44,149 bases of DNA. Source: a virus. Taxonomy: Duplodnaviria > Caudoviricetes. This document shows positions 28,061-35,126 of the stretch, piece after piece (within the stretch, counting starts at the first letter, position 1; every line of letters starts with the position of its first letter). A program made the position numbers and the translations under genes. The notes below the pieces were generated by a model that was not told the origin of the DNA, made no database searches, and saw nothing but the letters and a program-made list of their open reading frames with translations. The stretch covers positions 1 through 44,149 of IMG/VR virus record IMGVR_UViG_3300032330_000720. The stretch is one strand, 5' to 3'.

Positions 28061-30333
28061 ATGATATTATAACAGATTCCGAATTAGGGATTAAAGTTGC
28101 ACCTGATGCGGTTCCTCCCGTTCAGCCAAAACAACAACCCGCGCCCGTAAATCGTTCAGGTGTTATATCTGATGCTGATCTTGGTTTGCTTTCTGCTCGC
28201 CCAGATTTGCGGGAAAAATATGACGTGCCTAAAAGCGCATTGTCTGCTGCTGAACGATTGCCAATAGCAGTCGTCAATGCGCCTGCGGATATTATGAATT
28301 TTGTTACTGATGCCCTTGAAAAGGGTGTTGCAAAGACTGCTGAAGGTGCAATTCATTTGTACAATTCTGCGGTTGGTGACAGTAATACGCCTGAAGGCGA
28401 AGCGCGTCTTGCCGCCGCTCGTAAAGGATTATCAGCGGCACATTACGTTAATGAAGCAACTAAACCATATTCGACATCAGAAATTGCACAGGCTCTTGAT
28501 CCTGAAATTAAAAAAGTTTTGCCTGTTGGACCTGCTTATGAATCAAAAACAGGCCCGGGGAAATTAACGCAAACCGTAATTGATGTTGGCGCGCCCGGAT
28601 TGATGGGCAAAGGAAAAGCCGCTGAAAAACTTTTGAGAAGCAGTGGCGCTATTTTAGGCGTTGAAGGTGGTGAAGCATTATCTGATGAGTTTGGAATTAC
28701 TGATCCAACGGCAAGATCAGCAATTAGCATTCTTGGATCAGTTTTGGGTCATGGTGCGGGACAAATTACCGCAGGCGGATCGAAGGCTTTTGGTAATGCA
28801 ATTAACCCAAATCCATCCGCCAGAGAATTAATTGCTCAAAAAATTGCACAAGCAAGGGCTGAGGGCCGCGCTCCTACGGAACAAGAAATACAAGACGCGG
28901 TCAATGCTGGCGCGGATATTAAAGCATATGATGTTGTTGGTGAACGCGGACCTGAATTAATGCGTAAAGGCATGACAACACCAGAAGGTTATGAAGCCGC
29001 AACGCGTGTTAATGATTTTATTCAAAAGCGCGGTGAACAAGCATATGGTCGTGTCGATGAAAATATAGATCGTATTCTTGGGCGGAAAGTTGATGCTGGT
29101 GCAACAAAAGAAGAAATTAGCAAACAACAAAAAGCAGACAATGGTCCTGCTTACGATGCCGCTATTAATAATCCTATGGCATCAAATGTTGAATCGCCAT
29201 TTGTTGAGTCCCTAAAAGAAGAGCCGCGCATTCAAAGTGCATTTGATCGTGCCGTGAAAGATATGGGCGGTTATCAACCAACATTAAAATTTTGGGATGA
29301 AGTTAAACGCAATTTGAACGACGATGCAAGTGAAGCATTCAGAAATGGCAGAAGCAATCTTGGGACTGCATTGCAGGGTTTTGAACAAAAATTGCGTGAT
29401 GATTTGAAAGCGCAAAACCCCGGATATGCTGAAGCATTGGATGGAGCATCAAGTTTTTTCAAAAGCAAAAATGCTTTGGAAGCTGGATATAAGTATGCAA
29501 GCCAATTCAATACATTTGATGAGGCCGCTGTTCGCGAAGCATTGAAAAAATACAGCCCAGATCAAATTCAATTATTTCAGGATGGTTTTGTTTCTGCGTT
29601 AAAAGACAAATCACGCGGGGGTGTTGAAAAACTCCTGAACAATCTTGACTCAAACGTAATGCAGAAAAAACTGCAAGATATTTTCCCTAGCAAAAATGGT
29701 GATCAAGCACGTCAAATCCAAGCAATGATTGATTTGGAAAATATGACTCAAAATGCTGACACATTAAAATTTGTAAAAGAAGCTGGTGGAGAAAAACCAA
29801 GTTCATTTAGTTTGTCAAAATATATCCCTGAAGGCATTGCGAGCCTTATGGCGGCTGTTGGCACTGGTGCGGCGACTACACCAACTGTAGGCGGTGCCGT
29901 GGGCGTTATGACATTGGCCGCTTCAGAATTGGGTCGTGTTGCACTCAACCTTTCTGAAAGAAGAATTGCAGGTCGGGTTGCTCAAATTCTTGATTCTGGG
30001 GATCAAGCACAAATTTTGGCATTGTCGCAAGAAGCGGCAAGGACGCCTGCCGTTATGACGGTCTTGCAGAAAATGCGTCCATTTTTGGATTCGACCGCAC
30101 TTCATGCAGTAGGCGCAAATGCGTATGAAGCCAAAAATAAACCCAAGCCAAGGGATTTAGAACGCCCAGAAAGAAAACATGGCGGTTCCGTAATCGACAA
30201 AAAAGCAGAAGCATTGGTTAACGAATCCATGCGTAACCAAAAGTTGCTTGCAAATCATACGGAACAAATGCTGTCGATGCCTGACGATGCCATCGTGCAA
30301 GCCTTGCATGTGGCAAAGAACGTATCAGCCTAG
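28057..30333 (+). CDS. Large internal virion/ejection protein
   Basis: Helical and A/G-rich, with Gly-rich hydrophobic hairpins and a C-terminal RKHGGSV...AIVQALHVAK tail. ATGA overlap with the upstream gene. Confidence 0.65.
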   Translation: MNDIITDSELGIKVAPDAVPPVQPKQQPAPVNRSGVISDADLGLLSARPDLREKYDVPKSALSAAERLPIAVVNAPADIMNFVTDALEKGVAKTAEGAIHLYNSAVGDSNTPEGEARLAAARKGLSAAHYVNEATKPYSTSEIAQALDPEIKKVLPVGPAYESKTGPGKLTQTVIDVGAPGLMGKGKAAEKLLRSSGAILGVEGGEALSDEFGITDPTARSAISILGSVLGHGAGQITAGGSKAFGNAINPNPSARELIAQKIAQARAEGRAPTEQEIQDAVNAGADIKAYDVVGERGPELMRKGMTTPEGYEAATRVNDFIQKRGEQAYGRVDENIDRILGRKVDAGATKEEISKQQKADNGPAYDAAINNPMASNVESPFVESLKEEPRIQSAFDRAVKDMGGYQPTLKFWDEVKRNLNDDASEAFRNGRSNLGTALQGFEQKLRDDLKAQNPGYAEALDGASSFFKSKNALEAGYKYASQFNTFDEAAVREALKKYSPDQIQLFQDGFVSALKDKSRGGVEKLLNNLDSNVMQKKLQDIFPSKNGDQARQIQAMIDLENMTQNADTLKFVKEAGGEKPSSFSLSKYIPEGIASLMAAVGTGAATTPTVGGAVGVMTLAASELGRVALNLSERRIAGRVAQILDSGDQAQILALSQEAARTPAVMTVLQKMRPFLDSTALHAVGANAYEAKNKPKPRDLERPERKHGGSVIDKKAEALVNESMRNQKLLANHTEQMLSMPDDAIVQALHVAKNVSA

Positions 30334-30749
30334 TATTTCTCTGACGCTTTCAAAACGCGTTTGGGGTATTTGTTTTTGGTTGACGTCGAGCCATTGTAGC
30401 AACCAAGCATGAGCGTAATGTCGTTATGCTTTTCAAAGCAATAACTCAAATAACGCATGCCGTATTCAATGTTGTTCTCAGGCTTCATTAGATCGCTCTG
30501 GGAGCCTCTAAAGCCCATTGCTTTAGCGGTGGCTAGGCGAATTTGCATAAGTCCGTAATTGCCGTCCTTAGAAGCGTTTGGCCGGAATGAACTTTCGACA
30601 TCAACGAGACCCAATCCAATCTCTGGCTTGATGCCATGAGAAATCGCTCCTGCACGAATCATCTCATGCAAGGGCGATTCTGCTGATCTGCTAACGGTCT
30701 GACAGCCGACCGAAACAAAACAAGCTGTTATCAAGATCGATAGCTTCAT
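30330..30749 (-). CDS. Lytic transglycosylase (SLT domain), putative lipoprotein
   Basis: VESSF.P.A, GLMQI...TA, L..PENNI.YG..YL and YN.G motifs. N-terminal MKLSILITACFVSVGC signal. Confidence 0.85.
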   Translation of the reverse strand: MKLSILITACFVSVGCQTVSRSAESPLHEMIRAGAISHGIKPEIGLGLVDVESSFRPNASKDGNYGLMQIRLATAKAMGFRGSQSDLMKPENNIEYGMRYLSYCFEKHNDITLMLGCYNGSTSTKNKYPKRVLKASEKY

Positions 30750-30754
30750 CACGC

Positions 30755-31111
30755 TCAACGCGGGACGATGGTGCCATCTAGCTTGCGCTTCCATTTGGAT
30801 GTCTTACCATATGGGAGCGGGGATTTCGACCCCTTAATTCCAAGATGTTTTGCTTTCTGTCTTTTGGCTTTTGCGGTCATCTGGTGGTCCTTTTTTGTCT
30901 TTTCTTTTGCACATGGTTTGCACGTTAATCGAATATTGTCATCAGTATCAGTCCCGCCCAATTCCAAGGCGCGGACATGTTCAAAAATAAACTGCCCAGT
31001 CATCAATTTGACGCCGCACAGCATGCATTTGCCGCCTTCACGCTCCCATATTGATAACTTGCGTTTGGCTGAGAGACTGCCGCGTTTGGTTGTCCCTACA
31101 TCTTCATTCAT
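30755..31111 (-). CDS. HNH endonuclease
   Basis: CMLCG...EHVRALELGG.D.DDN....CKPC...KT..D motif and a KWKRKLDG tail. Confidence 0.85.
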   Translation of the reverse strand: MNEDVGTTKRGSLSAKRKLSIWEREGGKCMLCGVKLMTGQFIFEHVRALELGGTDTDDNIRLTCKPCAKEKTKKDHQMTAKAKRQKAKHLGIKGSKSPLPYGKTSKWKRKLDGTIVPR

Positions 31112-31553
31112 AAAATTCAAATCCTTTGATTTCACGAAATTCTTCACGCGGGATCAAATAGCAAATTGTGTCGTAATCCCGTGGATCATTCCGGTTTCGT
31201 TGGCCCGATTTACGCGATTCGTAATCATTTCTAACAATTCGCAAATAACCAAAATAGTCAGGCCATTTGACCACCAGAAATGCCGGAACATTCTCCTCTT
31301 TGCTTAATTTAAGCCCATAATCGATATCTTGTTTGGTGCAAATATAGGTGTCAAAATCAACATATGGACGAGTTTTGGTTTTAACCTCTATATATGCCAC
31401 TACTTTACCGTTGCGCCGACAAATAAAATCAAAAGTGCTGAAATCACCCATTTTTTCATAATCAAACTGCCAACGAACACTGAGGCAAGTAATAATCTGT
31501 TTTTCCCTCATTAAATCTCTGGCAGTTTGATAAGGCACAAACGGAGAGGACAT
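31104..31553 (-). CDS. PD-(D/E)xK family nuclease
   Basis: FDF...YIEVKTK catalytic pattern and an R.DPRD motif. Confidence 0.65.
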   Translation of the reverse strand: MSSPFVPYQTARDLMREKQIITCLSVRWQFDYEKMGDFSTFDFICRRNGKVVAYIEVKTKTRPYVDFDTYICTKQDIDYGLKLSKEENVPAFLVVKWPDYFGYLRIVRNDYESRKSGQRNRNDPRDYDTICYLIPREEFREIKGFEFYE

Positions 31554-31888
31554 TATTTGAAATTATTCCCTGCTCGTTGGTTAGCTTGTTCTGATCGCCA
31601 CGCCTCTATGACAGCGTCAGCCCTATTACGTTCTGATCGAAAGTATTCATCAAGCCGGATTGCTTCAACTTCAGCGTCAACGGCTTCAGCGTAACGCTCA
31701 TGCTGTTCAGCCCAAGCCTCTTTCATTGCTGATGTTTTTTCATTGGAGTTGAGGATCAGGTTAGCCCTGACCCTCTTACGCGCGTGTTCAGCCCTGAAAC
31801 GATTGGCTCTGGCCTCTGCTCCCTGTTCGCTATGCGTCGAAAGAAAATTGAGAGCCTCTTCCATCATTCCGTCGGTTATGAACTTCAT
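31553..31888 (-). CDS. Helical hypothetical protein in recombination operon
   Basis: Coiled coil ending IEAWRS.QAN.R, translationally coupled to neighbours. Confidence 0.55.
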   Translation of the reverse strand: MKFITDGMMEEALNFLSTHSEQGAEARANRFRAEHARKRVRANLILNSNEKTSAMKEAWAEQHERYAEAVDAEVEAIRLDEYFRSERNRADAVIEAWRSEQANQRAGNNFK

Positions 31889-32124
31889 TCGTATTTCTCA
31901 CTAAAATTGGGATCATATGGAACCAATGTGATCCAACATTCCCCGTCCTGATTTGGCAGGGGCGAAGCCTCTAAGCACACATTGACGTTCACGCCATTAC
32001 GACCGACAAAGCCTCGTCCCAATTTTGTTTTGCGAACATTGCCATGCCTATCCTGACGGTAGGACAAAACAATATATTCGCTCGCGCCTTCCTCAGAAGG
32101 GGATTTCGTCGTCAATTTCGTCAT
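31885..32124 (-). CDS. Small beta-strand protein (possible SSB-like fold)
   Basis: TKLGRGF....VNV.LEA.PLP...I.L pattern. Confidence 0.45.
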   Translation of the reverse strand: MTKLTTKSPSEEGASEYIVLSYRQDRHGNVRKTKLGRGFVGRNGVNVNVCLEASPLPNQDGECWITLVPYDPNFSEKYE

Positions 32125-32392
32125 TAGGCTCCTCCACTTTCGATGGTGCTTTAGTCATCGCCTTACTCAGTGAGGAAGTCTTTGGCGGGGCGGATGCACG
32201 TTCGCCCGATTGATTCTTTTCGGTAAAGGAACAAGTCCAGAACTCGCCAGATTTGCCGTCCTTTGACCAAATGCTGATGTAGTATTCTTTCCCGTCAACC
32301 ATGACACTGCCATTGAAGTCCGGCTGATTGTCACGCACTTTGCGATTATTGACGAAGAATGATCCGCTGTTGTCACGTTGTTCGTAAGCCAT
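32093..32392 (-). CDS. Single-stranded DNA-binding protein (DUF736-like)
   Basis: DNSG.FF.N..K....PDF.G.V.VDGKEY.IS.W motif and an acidic DDEIPF C-terminus. Lies next to ERF. Confidence 0.75.
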   Translation of the reverse strand: MAYEQRDNSGSFFVNNRKVRDNQPDFNGSVMVDGKEYYISIWSKDGKSGEFWTCSFTEKNQSGERASAPPKTSSLSKAMTKAPSKVEEPNDEIDDEIPF

Positions 32393-32394
32393 TT

Positions 32395-33069
32395 TCACTT
32401 TCCTTTTTTGCTTGCGTTAATTTCTTTCACACGGTCGGAACACAATTGGCGCAATGCCTCGTAATCCTCGCCGTCCTTCTCTAGCTTCATGGTCACAAAG
32501 TTTTCCTTCAACTCTTGCTTCCAGAAATCCTGCACGTCCTTGACCGTTTCAGCCATCTCCACAGCCATCTGGAATACACGCATGTACGTCAGAAGGTCTT
32601 TTGTATAGTTGGCCCAAGGCAATACCTTGGCGGGTTCTTGTGCCTGTGGTTGTGCTTGCTGATCCCGCTCTGGATCATCACCAGTTTCAATCTGGAATAG
32701 CTTGAACAGGAAGTATTTATTCGCGCCAGTAATGGCCTTGTAAATGCCCTTGTCACCCACTGTACCATTTTTGGAACGGTCATTGCCGCAACCAGAAATG
32801 CGAATAGGGTGGGGCCAAATGTCGCCATCTTTGTGGACAATTTCGTATCGCATATCGACCACGGTATTCCCATGCTCGTCAAGCGGACGAACCATGTCAA
32901 CGGAAGGGATTAATATCAGTCCTTCTTCAATAAGCGCAGGGCGTAGCTTTTCCAACAAATCAGCCTCAGATGCGTATTTGTATCCGTGGAATTTGTTTTC
33001 GCCGCCCTTTTGAACGTAACTGACTTTGGTCATTACGTTATGCAATGCAGTCGCAATTTTTGCAGACAT
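32395..33069 (-). CDS. erf: ERF-family single-strand annealing recombinase
   Basis: K.G.N.F.GYKYASEAD, D..DK.IYKAITGA.KY.L..LF.I.TGDDPE motifs. Confidence 0.85.
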   Translation of the reverse strand: MSAKIATALHNVMTKVSYVQKGGENKFHGYKYASEADLLEKLRPALIEEGLILIPSVDMVRPLDEHGNTVVDMRYEIVHKDGDIWPHPIRISGCGNDRSKNGTVGDKGIYKAITGANKYFLFKLFQIETGDDPERDQQAQPQAQEPAKVLPWANYTKDLLTYMRVFQMAVEMAETVKDVQDFWKQELKENFVTMKLEKDGEDYEALRQLCSDRVKEINASKKGK

Positions 33070-33073
33070 AATC

Positions 33074-33571
33074 TTAGTTTCCTTTGATTGAGAGTGTTGT
33101 TCCACCGTTTGACAATGAGACGCCCGGCACATCCATTTTCTCCAACATTTCTTTCAATAATGTTTTGTTTGGCTCCTTTTTGATTCGCATAAAATCATCA
33201 GGAATTGCATATTCATCATAAACAACAACTGATGGTGGTGTGTTCCTGATAGATACCGTTCCCGTAGGAAATTCCATTTTTTTGACTTCTGCGGTTTCCA
33301 TCAGCCTTTTCATCAATTCCCGCCCAAATTCGATGCGTTTGTCAAACCTGATTTGGCGGTCTTTAATGTCTCGAAGGGCTAGATCACAAGCATTGGACAG
33401 GTAAATTGCGTCTTGTGTGCGCCGCAACAATCTGTCCATTGTTTCCCGAAAATCCGTTGAACCTTCAAGCATATCCACCCGAAGTTCTTCATCTGCGGCC
33501 AGTTCTGGATACCGTTCCAAAAGCAGTTCAATTGTGCGCCGCAACATATCAACGTCGTATTTATTAGCCAT
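33074..33571 (-). CDS. Siphovirus Gp157-like protein
   Basis: DMLEG.T coiled coil, then TVSIR..PPSV...DE..IP..F...K.EP.K..LK...VPG..L pattern. Confidence 0.8.
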   Translation of the reverse strand: MANKYDVDMLRRTIELLLERYPELAADEELRVDMLEGSTDFRETMDRLLRRTQDAIYLSNACDLALRDIKDRQIRFDKRIEFGRELMKRLMETAEVKKMEFPTGTVSIRNTPPSVVVYDEYAIPDDFMRIKKEPNKTLLKEMLEKMDVPGVSLSNGGTTLSIKGN

Positions 33572-33632
33572 TTTTGTCCTTTCACAAAAACTGTTTAGGT
33601 TTTTGTTATTTTGTTGTTCGTAACGAACCAAT

Positions 33633-33660
33633 CATTTACGCAGGATGAAAATGAAGTCAA
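33633..33660 (-). promoter_or_regulatory. Putative leftward promoter of the recombination operon
   Basis: TTGACT-N16-TAAATG on the - strand in the divergent intergenic gap. Confidence 0.5.
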
Positions 33661-33669
33661 GAGGTTCAC

Positions 33670-33918
33670 ATGCTTTTACAACTTAACCCACCAATTCCCG
33701 TTCTAACCCCAAAGGGCAAGGGACTGGCCCACGTTCTGATCGATTACGGTGCAGAACATGATCTACTTTGGATCGTCTTTCAAGATGAAAGTGGCGAGTG
33801 TTGGACTTTCAGCAACAAGGAAATTCGCGCTCAAGTTAATATAACCATGAGCAGACCAAGCGTTGCACAGCCCATAGCGATTAACCACGAAAGGCCAAGA
33901 GTTGTTCCAAATGTCTGA
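33670..33918 (+). CDS. Conserved hypothetical phage protein
   Basis: QLNPPIPV.TPKG.G.A...IDYG.EHDL.W..F...GECW...N..IR...N.T..R pattern, GAGG RBS. Confidence 0.7.
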   Translation: MLLQLNPPIPVLTPKGKGLAHVLIDYGAEHDLLWIVFQDESGECWTFSNKEIRAQVNITMSRPSVAQPIAINHERPRVVPNV

Positions 33919-34126
33919 CCATCCACTACGTCAGTGGCGTACAAAAAATAACATTACGTTGTTGAATTTTGCCAAGTTGTGCCAAACCACAGCCGCGTCA
34001 ATTTCGCGCATCGAACGTGGTGTTCAAGACCCTTCGCTCGCCATGATGGTCAGGATCATCAAGGCAACGGGTGACGGAGTTAATCTTAACCATTTCCTGT
34101 GTTGGGTGCCGAATGATAAGGCTTGA
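33911..34126 (+). CDS. XRE/Cro-like HTH regulator
   Basis: LRQWR....T...FA......ISRIERG...PS motif. Confidence 0.8.
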   Translation: MSDHPLRQWRTKNNITLLNFAKLCQTTAASISRIERGVQDPSLAMMVRIIKATGDGVNLNHFLCWVPNDKA

Positions 34127-34496
34127 ACTTCCATTGGCCCCTAGCACGAATCGGCTTTGGCGCGTCGGCAAAGGTGGCCGCATGTATCGGTCGCCCGAAT
34201 ACATGTCTTGGCTGGAAGAAGCTGGTTGGATGATCAAAGAACAAACCAAGAACCAAATTGCGGGTCCGTATGTCATTCACATTTCTGCAACCAAGCCTGA
34301 CAAACGCAAACGCGATTTGGACAATTTATTGAAATCAACGAGCGACCTTTTGGTGAAGATGAAAATAGTTGAGGATGATTCGGAATGCACTGGAATTGCC
34401 GCTGAATGGGGCAATCATGGCATCCCAATGGTCGTAACCATTTACGGAATTGAGGAGGACGCATGGACAGAGAACCGCAAACGATTGATGAACTGA
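34113..34496 (+). CDS. rusA: RusA-family Holliday junction resolvase
   Basis: LP.APSTN.LWR...PDKRKRDLDNLLK...D.L......DDS motif. Confidence 0.9.
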   Translation: MIRLELPLAPSTNRLWRVGKGGRMYRSPEYMSWLEEAGWMIKEQTKNQIAGPYVIHISATKPDKRKRDLDNLLKSTSDLLVKMKIVEDDSECTGIAAEWGNHGIPMVVTIYGIEEDAWTENRKRLMN

Positions 34497-34888
34497 GGGC
34501 GCGCTATATCGCCACAAAAAAGCGTTTGGGCGGCGTTTCGGGTCCGACTGGCGTTGTACCGTTTGAGCGCGTTCATTTGCCTCAAGACAGGCTTGAAGCG
34601 CAGGACAAGCCAATGGACATTCTCCAGATCGTGCCGCCAAAAATGCGTTTTACGGCCATGCTTCGTGAACTAGCCCGAATGCATAATCTTGACCCGAATA
34701 TGGTTAAGTCTTCCTGTTTGAATCGGGACATCGTAAAGGTGCGTCAGGAATTATTTTATCGTGCTGTCAATGAGTTAGGTTTGGGATATTCGCAAATTGG
34801 ACGCATGATGCAGACGACGCATTCAACTGTGATTTACGGTGTTAAAGCCCACAAAAAAAGACTTGCGGAAATTTCCCAAAGTGCATAG
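34463..34888 (+). CDS. DnaA C-terminal (domain IV)-like HTH protein
   Basis: R.IV.VRQ...Y.....LG..YSQIGR....HSTVIYGV motif; no AAA+ domain. Confidence 0.75.
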   Translation: MDREPQTIDELRARYIATKKRLGGVSGPTGVVPFERVHLPQDRLEAQDKPMDILQIVPPKMRFTAMLRELARMHNLDPNMVKSSCLNRDIVKVRQELFYRAVNELGLGYSQIGRMMQTTHSTVIYGVKAHKKRLAEISQSA

Positions 34889-34891
34889 ATT
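34863..34891 (+). promoter_or_regulatory. Putative promoter of the sRNA candidate
   Basis: TTGCGG-N17-TAGATT overlapping the end of the upstream CDS. Confidence 0.5.
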
Positions 34892-34896
34892 TTGTT

Positions 34897-34990
34897 TGCC
34901 AAACGTTTGGACACGGATGGTAACTCCTGAGTACATTTCTTGTTTCTCCCTGACTTCAGCCCTGCGGTTTCATAGCCGCAGGGTTTTTTT
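34897..34990 (+). ncRNA. Candidate small regulatory RNA with anti-Shine-Dalgarno segments
   Basis: About 94 nt, non-coding, between a promoter and a terminator. Contains AACTCCT and TTTCTCCC. Confidence 0.45.
34958..34990 (+). terminator. Rho-independent terminator
   Basis: CCCTGCGG-TTTCATAG-CCGCAGGG followed by T7. Confidence 0.85.
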
Positions 34991-35002
34991 CTCGCGCGCG
35001 CG

Positions 35003-35032
35003 TTGACTTCCAGTGCATAGCTAAGTTATACT
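35003..35032 (+). promoter_or_regulatory. Putative sigma70 promoter of helicase-primase genes
   Basis: TTGACT-N18-TATACT. Confidence 0.6.
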
Positions 35033-35043
35033 AGCCAGAGTAA

Positions 35044-35116
35044 TGTAATGGATATCTATCTGTAATGGATATCTTCCAGAGTATAGTAATAATAATATAT
35101 ATATAACATACATAAC
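35044..35116. repeat. 14-bp direct repeats plus AT-rich tract; candidate replication origin
   Basis: TGTAATGGATATCT at 35044-35057 and 35061-35074, followed by a TAATAATAATATATATATAA tract, directly upstream of the helicase gene. Confidence 0.55.
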
Positions 35117-35126
35117 AGGAACCGAT

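Noticed and set aside
34823-34936. Minus-strand 37-codon ORF (MYSGVTIRV...) with a GGGAGA RBS opposite the sRNA candidate
   Set aside because: It is antisense to the DnaA-like gene, has no recognisable features, and the apparent RBS is simply the complement of the anti-SD segment. Not fully excluded.
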